From assembly GCA_040772485.1 (NCBI GenBank), contig JAXGYC010000010.1, forward strand, positions 224,001-288,000: 64,000 nucleotides of DNA, in the 5' to 3' direction. The DNA is from Sedimentisphaerales bacterium. GTDB taxonomy: Bacteria; Planctomycetota; Phycisphaerae; Sedimentisphaerales; Anaerobacaceae. The notes beneath the pieces are model-generated. The model had not been told where the DNA came from, did no database searches, and saw only the letters and a list, made by a program, of their open reading frames with translations. A program made the position numbers and the translations under genes. Numbering within the stretch: position 1 is the stretch's first letter; every line of letters begins with the position of its first letter. Below, piece after piece: positions 8,618 through 17,852 of this stretch.

Positions 8618-10817
8618 GGTTCTCTTCCTTATTCGCCCCTCTGGGAAAGACGATCTGCCTGGCGACTTTGATGTGATCGACATCGTAAGAGCGGTCCTGG
8701 ATGCCGAAGGGCGGCGGGGCATCGACAAACACGGCACACACGATGGCCGCCCCCTGGCGAAGCTGGGCGTGCATCGTCTGCGTCCGGTCGAAGCAACCCG
8801 GCGCCAGGAACGCATTGGCCGCCGGCAGAGGCACCGAATCGGGATATCGCGGGACGGTGAACGACGCCATGCCTCTGCCGCCCGTCGGATTGGCCATCAT
8901 GCGCTGCGTCTGGCGCCACGGATTGAACGCTCGCGCCTTCGGCTGAAACGACCGGGTCGCCCGCGCCGCCACCGGCCCGACCTCCACGCAGGCGTCGTCC
9001 ATCACCACCACGGCGGAGACGATGGCCTCGTCGGAGAAGTTCGCTATCTCGACGGCGAGTTCCTGTCCGCGTCTGTCCACCTTGGCGTCAAAAGGCAGGC
9101 GGCCCAGCGGCGTCTCGCCCACCAGCGACTGCACGGTCCAGATGTTGATCGGCACCGAAACGGGAAGGTTCGAGCCGTCTTCCTGAACGCAGCGAATCTG
9201 CCGCATCGCCGACTCGCGCTGGTGGGCCCACATCTCTTCCTGGCTCGGGGCAATCCCGGACCACCACTGGCCGGGAGCCAGTCCTTCGAGCCGATAGTCG
9301 GCGCTGCGCGGAGAGAACAGACCTGCATAGCAGGTTGCCCAGGCGCCGTCAGCCCCGGCGGCGCCGTCGAGCACGGAGACCGCCCGCAACTGCATCCGGC
9401 CGCCGCGAAGGGCCTGGACGCCGTAGTAGGCGCCGACCGTGAAGATCACGATCCACGCCGTACTGGTCACCCACGTCCACGGCAGGCGATCCAGACGCTT
9501 GAGCACCAGGTAGTCGACGGGACCCAGCAGCAGCGCCAGCGCCGTCAGCGTGAGAATTACCCACCAAATGCTCAAAGGACGCATCTGTTTGAGCTGGTAC
9601 AGATACTCCATCACCTGATTGCCCGCGATCTGAGCGAGACTGATCCGATAGCGGTTGTCTTCGCCGTACCGTCCGCCGCGACCGGCCTCGTCCTGCGACG
9701 GGTCTTCGCCCGAGGGCACCAGCGCGATCGAACGCCCGGAACCGCCCAGGCTCACAGGCCCACGCGGGTCGTCCGGCACGTGAACCGCCTGTCCATCGAG
9801 CGGGTCTGTCAAGCAGGCGGCGATGTGCGTGGTCCAGAAACCGGCTGCCCGCGTCGCCTGGGACTGGCTCAACTGGGCGGGGTCGAAACCCAACACTGCT
9901 ACTCGGCCGAATCCGGAATACCCCAGGCCGTAGAGGTATCCGCCCTGGTCTATCTTGATGCCCTCGAGCGGCGCGGCGTTGGGCTTGGGAAACAGCGGCC
10001 ACGCCGTCACCGTCTGGTTCTGTGTCGCGTCCAGTTGCCACTGAGCCAGCGCCGCAGAGGCAAGCACGGTCTGCCTGGGCTCGCCGATTTGGAACGGGAC
10101 ATACGGCATCAGCGGATTGTCCTGGCCGGGAGGATGCCGCCCGAGAACAATCAGGAGCCTGCCCCCGTTGGAGACCCATCTGCCGATCGCTTTGAGCTGC
10201 TCGTCACGCAACAGCGTCCAGTCCGGATCGTACAGCACAAGCAAATCGAGGCTCACGAATCCGGTCCAGTCCCACGGCACCATGCGAAGCGGCTTGTTTC
10301 CGACGCAGACCTTGCCCGAACCATGATTGGAGACGCAGAGGCTCTCGCGGGGCAGCCTCAGAAGTCCGAATTGCGGCGTGCCGACCACACCGACGAGCAG
10401 GTCTCGCTCCTGAACCACACGGATCAGGCGATTGCCGCTGGAGTAGTCCCACATGTCAAGGCCCTGGTCCCATCGCATGCGGCCCCGCTGGTCGCGAATC
10501 TCCAGACGGCACCGGCCCATTCCGAACGCCAGCTTGGTCACCAGCGAGAGGGTCTGCGGGACTCCGGGAGTCAGCACGAACGCGCGCATCACGTTCAGCG
10601 TGTTCAGGCCGTCCTGCGGCGCTGAGACGATGAAGGTCCCTCCAAAGGGCTCTTTCAGATCGCTGCTAATGCCGACTTCGACGGGCGTCCATTCCATCGG
10701 CCGGTAGTACCCATCCCACCCGCAGGAGAAAGACACGTCGAACTCATCGTCGTCGGCCGCGTGGGCACACGTCACACAAGCCAGCCCCAGCAGGACCATG
10801 GCCGTCAGCTTCTTCAT
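8610..10817 (-). CDS. Exported membrane protein with a glutamine-amidotransferase-like fold region and two central TM helices
   Basis: 735 aa with a signal peptide, LDLLVLYD...EQLKAIGRWVSNGGRLLIVLG, and a TM pair around LLGPVDY..RL..TWVT. Translationally coupled to the ATPase. Confidence 0.75.
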   Translation of the reverse strand: MKKLTAMVLLGLACVTCAHAADDDEFDVSFSCGWDGYYRPMEWTPVEVGISSDLKEPFGGTFIVSAPQDGLNTLNVMRAFVLTPGVPQTLSLVTKLAFGMGRCRLEIRDQRGRMRWDQGLDMWDYSSGNRLIRVVQERDLLVGVVGTPQFGLLRLPRESLCVSNHGSGKVCVGNKPLRMVPWDWTGFVSLDLLVLYDPDWTLLRDEQLKAIGRWVSNGGRLLIVLGRHPPGQDNPLMPYVPFQIGEPRQTVLASAALAQWQLDATQNQTVTAWPLFPKPNAAPLEGIKIDQGGYLYGLGYSGFGRVAVLGFDPAQLSQSQATRAAGFWTTHIAACLTDPLDGQAVHVPDDPRGPVSLGGSGRSIALVPSGEDPSQDEAGRGGRYGEDNRYRISLAQIAGNQVMEYLYQLKQMRPLSIWWVILTLTALALLLGPVDYLVLKRLDRLPWTWVTSTAWIVIFTVGAYYGVQALRGGRMQLRAVSVLDGAAGADGAWATCYAGLFSPRSADYRLEGLAPGQWWSGIAPSQEEMWAHQRESAMRQIRCVQEDGSNLPVSVPINIWTVQSLVGETPLGRLPFDAKVDRRGQELAVEIANFSDEAIVSAVVVMDDACVEVGPVAARATRSFQPKARAFNPWRQTQRMMANPTGGRGMASFTVPRYPDSVPLPAANAFLAPGCFDRTQTMHAQLRQGAAIVCAVFVDAPPPFGIQDRSYDVDHIKVARQIVFPRGANKEENHD

Positions 10818-10849
10818 AGGAAACTCCCGCTATCCGCAATGATGCAACG

Positions 10850-12814
10850 TCAGATCCGCGCCTTCTTATTGTAGACCAACCATTCGACACACGCAAGCAC
10901 CAGCGCCGTCAGCACCAGCGCCGGCCATAATGGAACATTGGCCCGCTGGACGCCCTGGGACTGTGCCGAGACCGTCATCGTCTCAAACGCCATTTCATCG
11001 CGGGGCCCGATGCGACTCTCGTTCTCATCGACCAGGTTAGCCGCGTAGAACCGCCTCGGCTCCTCCGGCACGTCCACGGCGTACAGGCCCACGCGATACG
11101 TCCCCGGGAAACGGACCGTCCCTCCGGGATCGGGCGCGATCTGCACCGTAGACGCGTCGGGCAGCGTCACCGCGACCTCGCCTCCGGCCGCAACATCGTC
11201 GATGACGATCGGTTCGGCCACCGCCAGCTCGTGCGGCCCCCCGCTGCCCTGCTGCGCCGCCAGGTAGCTCAACGCATTGTAGCAGAACAGCACGAAGCTC
11301 GGCTCGAAGGGCCAGTTGCTCGCCAGAACGTCGAAGCCAACCAGAAGGAAGGCGCTGCCGTGCCGACGCAGCAGCGCGATCGCAGGCGACCCGCCGAACT
11401 CGGCCAGGACCTCGGCGTCGCGCGGCAACTGGAGTGCTCGCGTCCGAGCGACGAAGAGATTCGTCAGGTTCGCGTATTGCAGCACCGGATGCCGCGACCG
11501 CCAATCGACGATCACCTGATTCTCAAGCTCGCCCGGAGAGTTGACGTCGATCCCCGCAGGCACGGCCCCCAGAACAAGATAGCAGGACCGCGGCAGGTGA
11601 CGCGGTGCATGGCGGTCCAGTACGATCACGTCGTACGGATTGAGGCTGAAGGCCGACGGCTCCATCGCATCGAATGCGGTGGGCGCGCACGGGTCCAGCC
11701 GTGCAATCGGGCAGGCACGCAACGACGACTCCAGCACGGGATTGCCCTCCGTGACGAGCAGTACCGACAGTTTTTGGGGCGGATCGAGGACGCTCCACGC
11801 GGCATCGTCACACGCCAGCGCATCAGGTTCCAACTGCCGAACCTCCACGACCCCCTGCCCCTCGTGAGTCAACGAAAAGCTGACCGCCACCTTGCCGGGC
11901 GTCCACTCATGGGTCTCGCCGCCCTCCTGGCCAGGGGGGATCGTAACGGAGCGGATGGCGCGAACGTCACCATCCATGCCAAGCTGCACATCCCGCGTGA
12001 CGGCCTGTGTCCCGTAGTTGGCCAGCGATACGAAGACTTCGACCTGCTGCGGCTGCTCGTACGAGCGTCGTGCCTTCATGGCAGTGATCGCAATGTTGTC
12101 GGCCGACTCGCCGATGCGATGATAGACCAACTCATCCGATGCGACCGCAATGGCGCCCAGGTCATCGATGCGTCCGTCGCTGAACAGGACCATCCGGGCG
12201 AGCCCTTCATCGTTGCGAGGCCCGTTGTCCGGTCCCGGAGATTGGGCGAACGCCCGAGCGACCGTGACGGCTTCGCTCAGTTGCGACGTCCCGTCTCCGG
12301 CCTCAATGGCGTCAATGGCCACCATGAGTTGACGCTTGTCGGAGGTGAAGTTGCACATCACCCGGGCGTGACGATCGAAGGCAATGACCATCGCATGGTC
12401 GGCGCGGTCCGCCAGGGCCATCGCAGAGCTGCTCCGCAGTGACTCGACGAAGACCTTCGCCTGTTTCTTCGCCTCTGCCAGCCGGCTGGGCGTCACGTCC
12501 GTCGCGTTCATGCTGGCCGAGCGGTCGATCAGCACGACGTAGCGCTGTCCCGGTCCTCGGTCCAGTGACAGGACCGGTCCGGCCAGGGCCACCAGCATGG
12601 CCGTCAGCGCCAGCAACTGGAGCAGGAGCAGGAGGTTCCGACGCAGCCGCTGGAACGGCGCGTTGACCTGCAAATCCTGGACGGCTCGCTTCCAGAGCAG
12701 CGTGCTCGACACCACCGCCTCGCGCCGCTTGAGCTTGAGGAAGTAGAGCAGCAATAACAGCGGCACCGCCACCGCCGCAGCAAGAAGTCCGACGAAAGGT
12801 GTCAGCCATTGCAT
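10850..12814 (-). CDS. BatA-domain / vWA protein
   Basis: BatA-like N-terminus (VPLLLLLYFLKLKRR...SSTLLW), MIDAS LIDRSASM, and C-terminal TM LVLACVEW. Confidence 0.9.
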   Translation of the reverse strand: MQWLTPFVGLLAAAVAVPLLLLLYFLKLKRREAVVSSTLLWKRAVQDLQVNAPFQRLRRNLLLLLQLLALTAMLVALAGPVLSLDRGPGQRYVVLIDRSASMNATDVTPSRLAEAKKQAKVFVESLRSSSAMALADRADHAMVIAFDRHARVMCNFTSDKRQLMVAIDAIEAGDGTSQLSEAVTVARAFAQSPGPDNGPRNDEGLARMVLFSDGRIDDLGAIAVASDELVYHRIGESADNIAITAMKARRSYEQPQQVEVFVSLANYGTQAVTRDVQLGMDGDVRAIRSVTIPPGQEGGETHEWTPGKVAVSFSLTHEGQGVVEVRQLEPDALACDDAAWSVLDPPQKLSVLLVTEGNPVLESSLRACPIARLDPCAPTAFDAMEPSAFSLNPYDVIVLDRHAPRHLPRSCYLVLGAVPAGIDVNSPGELENQVIVDWRSRHPVLQYANLTNLFVARTRALQLPRDAEVLAEFGGSPAIALLRRHGSAFLLVGFDVLASNWPFEPSFVLFCYNALSYLAAQQGSGGPHELAVAEPIVIDDVAAGGEVAVTLPDASTVQIAPDPGGTVRFPGTYRVGLYAVDVPEEPRRFYAANLVDENESRIGPRDEMAFETMTVSAQSQGVQRANVPLWPALVLTALVLACVEWLVYNKKARI

Positions 12815-12841
12815 AGGTGCTTTGCTCTCTTCCTTCCGCGC

Positions 12842-13750
12842 TCACGCCAGCAGGCGAACGCGGCGCAGATAGTTCAAGACCAGCGACTCAACCGAATCGG
12901 CCGAGTTCGCTCGCACATAGACCGCACCGCGACGGGTGCAGAACTCGTTCAGCTCAGCGCAGTAGGCCGCCAGGTTCCTCCTGTAGTATTTCAGCAGAGC
13001 GGAACTGACGGTGATCTCCGCCACATCGGCGTCCTCGATATCGAGCAGCTTCAGGTCCCCGACCAGTTTCGGCTCGATCTCCTGCGGACTGAGCACCTGA
13101 ATCACGTACAGGTCGTAGCGGGCGCCGATCAGCCTTCGCAGCGCTGCTTCGTAGCCCTGCTTGAAAAGAAAATCGGACAACACGACCGTAATGCCCGAGC
13201 CGATCCGCCCGGCCTCCGCATCGCGGCAGGCCCTCTCGAAATCGGAGAATCCACCGCAATCGGTTGTCAGCAGCATCTCCGCCATCTGGGGCAGATAGGC
13301 CCGGCCGCGCATGTTCGCCAACCGCACGCGCACCCCGTCGGCGAACAGGCTGATCGTCACACGGTTGTTGTTGACCAGACTGACGTAGCCCAGTGCCGCG
13401 CTCAACCGCTTGACGAACTGCGCCTTCGACGGATCGCCCACGCTCATCGACATGCTCACGTCGGTCAGAAGGTGGACCGTCAGGTCCTGCTCCGCCAGGA
13501 ACAGCTTGAGGAACAACTGATCGAGCCGGCCGTAAACGTTCCAATCGACGAAACGCAGGTCGTCGCCTGCAACGTAGGGCCTGTGATCGGCAAACTCCAC
13601 GCTCTGGCCCCTCTGCTTCGAGCGCCGCTCGCCCTGCATCTTGCCCTGGAGAATCTTGCGGCTGAGCACATCGAGCGAATCGAGCCGGGCCATGAACTTG
13701 GCGTCCAGCAACTCGGTCAGCTTTCGCGTTGTCGATCGCGTGCCTGGCAT
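12842..13750 (-). CDS. DUF58 family protein
   Basis: GQSVEFADHRPYVAGDDLRFVDWNVYGR, DVSMSM and VVLSDF; lies directly downstream of MoxR. Confidence 0.93.
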   Translation of the reverse strand: MPGTRSTTRKLTELLDAKFMARLDSLDVLSRKILQGKMQGERRSKQRGQSVEFADHRPYVAGDDLRFVDWNVYGRLDQLFLKLFLAEQDLTVHLLTDVSMSMSVGDPSKAQFVKRLSAALGYVSLVNNNRVTISLFADGVRVRLANMRGRAYLPQMAEMLLTTDCGGFSDFERACRDAEAGRIGSGITVVLSDFLFKQGYEAALRRLIGARYDLYVIQVLSPQEIEPKLVGDLKLLDIEDADVAEITVSSALLKYYRRNLAAYCAELNEFCTRRGAVYVRANSADSVESLVLNYLRRVRLLA

Positions 13751-13769
13751 AGGATCTTTCTCTCAGAAC

Positions 13770-13840
13770 AAGTCCTTTGGGTCCTTTTCGTCCCTTAGGT
13801 CGTCAGGGACCAAAAGGACTTACGGGACCAAAGGGACCTA
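13770..13840. repeat. Inverted array of 9-bp units between moxR and DUF58
   Basis: gtcctttgg-gtccttttc-gtcccttag followed by gggaccaaa-aggacttac-gggaccaaa-gggaccta. Confidence 0.75.
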
Positions 13841-14854
13841 AACCTTCAGATCTGTCGTGGTTGGCGTATTCTTGATAATATCACCGAGCACCTCGTCGGT
13901 TCGAATCCCCTCGGCCTGGCCCTCGAAATTCAGCAGGATGCGATGCCGCAGCGACGGAAGCACCGACTGCGTGATGTCGTCGAACCCGACATGGTAACGC
14001 TCGTTCAGCATGGCGCGGACCTTGGCGGCCAGCACCAGCGCCTGCACGCCGCGAGGCGAGGAGCCGAACCGCACGAACCGATTGACCATCTCCGTCGCGA
14101 ACTCACCCTCCGGGTGCGTCGACAGCACCAGGCGAATTGCATAGTCCTGCACGTGGTCGGCGATCACGACGCGGCGCACCAGTTTCTGCGCCCACAGGAT
14201 CTTCTCGCCGTCGGCGACCGACTCGACCTGGGATTCGTGGCCCGTGGTGGTCCGGTCGAGGATCGTCTTGAGCTGCCGACGGTCGCTGTAGCCGACGAGC
14301 AGTTTGAAGAAGAACCGGTCCAGTTGCGCCTCGGGCAGCGGATACGTCCCCTCCTGCTCGATCGGGTTCTGCGTCGCCAGCACCATGAACGGCGAGGGCA
14401 ACGGGCGGATCCGGCCACCGCTGGTGACCGAATGCTCCTGCATCGCTTCGAGCATGGCCGACTGCGTCTTGGGCGTGGCGCGGTTGATCTCATCGGCCAG
14501 GATGATCTGTCCGAAGATCGGGCCTTTCTGGAACTGGAACTCCCGCCGCCCGCTCGCGGCGTCCTCCATCACGATGTTGGTCCCGACGATATCAGCGGGC
14601 ATCAGATCGGGCGTGAACTGAATCCGCCGGAACTCCAGCGAGAAGGCCTGGCTCAGCGTACGGACCAGCAGGGTCTTGCCCAGGCCCGGGACGCCTTCGA
14701 GCAGCACGTGGCCCCCGCCGAACAGCGCGATCAGCACATTGTCCACGACGCCCTCGTGCCCGACGATCACCTTGGCGACCTGGCCACGCAACGCCAGAAA
14801 CACCTCGCGAAACTGTCGGCACTGTGCTTCCACTTCTTTCTCGCTCGTCGTCAT
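13838..14854 (-). CDS. moxR: MoxR-family AAA+ ATPase
   Basis: HVLLEGVPGLGKT, RIQFTPDLMPAD, LADEINRATPKTQSAMLEAM and ATQNPIEQEGTYPLPEAQLDRF. Start MTTSEK with RBS AGGAG. Confidence 0.96.
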   Translation of the reverse strand: MTTSEKEVEAQCRQFREVFLALRGQVAKVIVGHEGVVDNVLIALFGGGHVLLEGVPGLGKTLLVRTLSQAFSLEFRRIQFTPDLMPADIVGTNIVMEDAASGRREFQFQKGPIFGQIILADEINRATPKTQSAMLEAMQEHSVTSGGRIRPLPSPFMVLATQNPIEQEGTYPLPEAQLDRFFFKLLVGYSDRRQLKTILDRTTTGHESQVESVADGEKILWAQKLVRRVVIADHVQDYAIRLVLSTHPEGEFATEMVNRFVRFGSSPRGVQALVLAAKVRAMLNERYHVGFDDITQSVLPSLRHRILLNFEGQAEGIRTDEVLGDIIKNTPTTTDLKV

Positions 14855-14873
14855 GTTGTTCTTCTCCTGCAAG

Positions 14874-17840
14874 TCACCGATTGTCCAGGTGGTCGTGCTC
14901 GTCCCGTCCGGTCTTCCGGCGTTTGGCGGCGAGCAGCCGATCGATGTGCGACGCTTCTTCGCCCGTCGCGGCTTTCTCCGGTCGCTTGTCTTGCTCTTTC
15001 GGCGTCTCGATCTCGTCTCTCTCGCTGTCGGTATCGCCAGCGACGAGCGACGAGGGACGAGCGACGCGATCGGCTCCGTCGTACCGCGTCGAGACAACCG
15101 TCCCGGCCGTTCGCGCCGCCCACTGTGCCTGAAGCTTCTGCCGTGTCGCCTGGAGCCGGGAGATCGTCTGGTCCTGCTCGCGCCGGCTGAGCCTCAGGAA
15201 CCAGGTCTGCACATGTCGCAGGCCCGCACGCACGTCGATCACGACCCGCCGCACCGCCACATCCAACAGAAACAGGCCCAGCCAGATCAGCATCAGAGGA
15301 CGCAATAGCGGCAGATTCGTCTCCGGGAAACTCAGTCCAGCGTAGTCGTACAGATTCGCGGCGTTCGGATCAGCCGGCAGGATGCGGCCTCCCGCGATGC
15401 GGCTGACCTCCTCCAGGAGCGGCAGATTGTCGCACAGGTCGCGAAACTCCGGGGCAAATGGGACCGTCACAATCGTGTTGGCCAGACGCACGCCTTCGTC
15501 GCCGACCCGGCGGTACTGCAAGTTGACGATATAGCTGCCCGCCTCAGGCGCCTTGAATCGTCCGGTGTACTGGCCCGGCCCGCTCTGGCTCAATGCAAGC
15601 GACTCGCTTCCCATCTGCGGCGTCAGGACCTGACCCTGGATGCCTGCGAATTGCAGAAACTTGCCCTCCTCGTCGAAGGCTTCGATCTGGACGGAGACAT
15701 CCTGGCCCTGCACATCCGCGAAGATCTCGCAGTCGGCCGACTGCGCGGGCCGCCCCGCCCAGCGGACCACCTGCTCCCAGAACCGCGGGAACTCGGGCCA
15801 CTGCACCCATTGCCCCGCCCAGCGGCTATCGGCCGAGCTGGTGAACGCGGCGCAGCGTCCCAGGCCCGACTGGCACGTCGCCAGGATCGGATCCGCCTCA
15901 TGGCTGGTCAGCACGAGCTGGTTGAGTCCGCCCTTGGGACCGGTCAGCACATAGCCGTCGAGCGCCGGAAGAGGCGGCGCCAGACCCTTGACCGTCTCAC
16001 TGAGCGAATAGACCACCTGCGGCGAGAAAGTCTGCTCGACGATCATCGACCGGCGGACCACCTGGGCTTCCTTGACGAAAATCTCGGGAATGCTCATCGG
16101 GTCGGTCACGCGGTAGAACCGGCCCTGCGTCCAATCCGCGATGTCGTACAGAAGCTGGGTGTTGGCCTGCTCGCCCACCGCTACAGTCGAGACGCTGATG
16201 CGGCTCTTAGCCATTTCCTGGCCCAACGCGACGCACAAGTCGCTGTCGCTGGTCATCCCATCGGTCAGCAGGACCACGTGCTTGACCGCCGCTTCAAGGT
16301 CCTTGAGCGCATCGAAGGCCGCCTGCATCGCCGGGCCCATGATCGTCCCGCCGCCGGCGCCGATCTGGCGAACCTGTTCGTAGATGTCGTCCTTCTCCCC
16401 AACCGGCCTCATCGGCACCAGCCAGTCGAAGCCCGCATCGAACGCAAGGACGCCGACGTAATCGAGCCGGCTGAGCAGCCTGACCGACGCGGCGGCCGAG
16501 ACCTTGCAGATCTCCACCTTCTCGCCCACCATCGATCCGCTGCGGTCGATCACCAGCACCAGCGCACCGCGAGGCATCTGCTTCTTCTGGGGCGGATCGA
16601 GGTCGACCGGCAGAATCTCCGCCACGGGCGAGTCGATCCATCCGCCGGCGCCGAACGACTCCGGCCCGCCCACCATGACCAGGCCGCCCCCGAGGTCGTT
16701 GACGTAGCGGCACAGCATCTCCTGCTGGGCCATCGTGAAATTGTGAATAGGCGTGTTGACCAGCACGACCGCATCGGCATCCAGAAGGCGCGTCAACTGG
16801 TCGGGCGCGACGGCGGCATCGGCGTGTGAGGCGTCGAGGCCCGCCTCCTGAAGAACCCGGGTGATATCCGCGCCGGCGTCCTCGCTGTCGAAGACCCGCA
16901 CGGAGCCGGGGCCGGCAACGTATGTCACCGCCGAAGCGTGGTTGTTCTCGACGATCCGGTCCTGCCGCGAATCATCGGGCATGAACACCGCTTCGAAGTG
17001 GTGCAGCCCGCGCATCCCAACGGGGACCGCCACCATCTTGACGTTGGTCCCCGCCTTCAGTTCGACCGGGACGGCCACCTCGGCGCTGCCCGGCATCAGA
17101 TCGAGCGGCCGATCGTTCAGGGTCAGCAAGAGACTGCCTCGGACCGAAGCGGTGCTGTCCAGCAGAAAACGCAGGTCGATCGTCTCCTCGCTGCGGGCGC
17201 GGGCGGGCGCCACCAGACGCTTGAACAGCACCTCGCTGTCGTAGCGGTACCGCAGGGGCAGGACGTCGATTGGAATCCTGTTGGCGCCCGCGGTTCCGGC
17301 GACGGCTTTCAGGTCGCCTTCGGTCTCATTGCCTTCGCTGATCAGCACGATGCGTGCGGCCGTGTCGGGCGGCGCGATGGCCATCGCCATCTCGATCCCG
17401 CTGGCCAGGCGGCTGTGCTGTCCTGTCAGCATGGTGTTGCGTCGGCCGAAGGCAATGTCCCCCGACGGCAGCCGGGAGATTTGCGCGCTCTCGGCCACGT
17501 CCACGACGGCAAACCGATCCTCCGCCCCTTTGGCCGCGACCGCCTTGGCCAGATAGTCCAGCGCCGCATCCGCCAGAGGCGTCGGGATCGACCGGCTGCG
17601 ATCGACGACCGCGATCACGGTCGCTCGGCGGCTCCTTCGCACGAGCATCGGTCGAGCCAGCAGCAACACGAGCAGGAGAATGACCGCAACGCGAAAGAGA
17701 ATGGCGAGGGTGCGGCGGGCCGGACCCAACGCCGCGAGGTTTCGATGGGCCAGCCAGACCAGCGGAACAATCGCCACGCTCGCCAGAAGCCACCAGGGCT
17801 GACCGAAATGGAAGCCGTACGTGTCACTCACAAGCACCAC
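14874..17840 (-). CDS. Membrane protein with two vWA domains and a glutamine-amidotransferase-like domain
   Basis: 988 aa with MIDAS motifs VVDRSRS and VIDRSGSM, YVNDLGGGLVMVGGPESFGAGGW, and N- and C-terminal TM segments. Confidence 0.88.
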   Translation of the reverse strand: MVLVSDTYGFHFGQPWWLLASVAIVPLVWLAHRNLAALGPARRTLAILFRVAVILLLVLLLARPMLVRRSRRATVIAVVDRSRSIPTPLADAALDYLAKAVAAKGAEDRFAVVDVAESAQISRLPSGDIAFGRRNTMLTGQHSRLASGIEMAMAIAPPDTAARIVLISEGNETEGDLKAVAGTAGANRIPIDVLPLRYRYDSEVLFKRLVAPARARSEETIDLRFLLDSTASVRGSLLLTLNDRPLDLMPGSAEVAVPVELKAGTNVKMVAVPVGMRGLHHFEAVFMPDDSRQDRIVENNHASAVTYVAGPGSVRVFDSEDAGADITRVLQEAGLDASHADAAVAPDQLTRLLDADAVVLVNTPIHNFTMAQQEMLCRYVNDLGGGLVMVGGPESFGAGGWIDSPVAEILPVDLDPPQKKQMPRGALVLVIDRSGSMVGEKVEICKVSAAASVRLLSRLDYVGVLAFDAGFDWLVPMRPVGEKDDIYEQVRQIGAGGGTIMGPAMQAAFDALKDLEAAVKHVVLLTDGMTSDSDLCVALGQEMAKSRISVSTVAVGEQANTQLLYDIADWTQGRFYRVTDPMSIPEIFVKEAQVVRRSMIVEQTFSPQVVYSLSETVKGLAPPLPALDGYVLTGPKGGLNQLVLTSHEADPILATCQSGLGRCAAFTSSADSRWAGQWVQWPEFPRFWEQVVRWAGRPAQSADCEIFADVQGQDVSVQIEAFDEEGKFLQFAGIQGQVLTPQMGSESLALSQSGPGQYTGRFKAPEAGSYIVNLQYRRVGDEGVRLANTIVTVPFAPEFRDLCDNLPLLEEVSRIAGGRILPADPNAANLYDYAGLSFPETNLPLLRPLMLIWLGLFLLDVAVRRVVIDVRAGLRHVQTWFLRLSRREQDQTISRLQATRQKLQAQWAARTAGTVVSTRYDGADRVARPSSLVAGDTDSERDEIETPKEQDKRPEKAATGEEASHIDRLLAAKRRKTGRDEHDHLDNR
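15039..15066. repeat. Heptamer tandem repeat (AGCGACG)x4 inside the vWA gene tail
   Basis: agcgacg agcgacg agggacg agcgacg. Confidence 0.8.
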
Positions 17841-17852
17841 ACTCGAACAATG

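Noticed and set aside
13770..13840. Possible mini-CRISPR array
   Set aside because: Units are 9 bp with no spacers and there are no cas genes.
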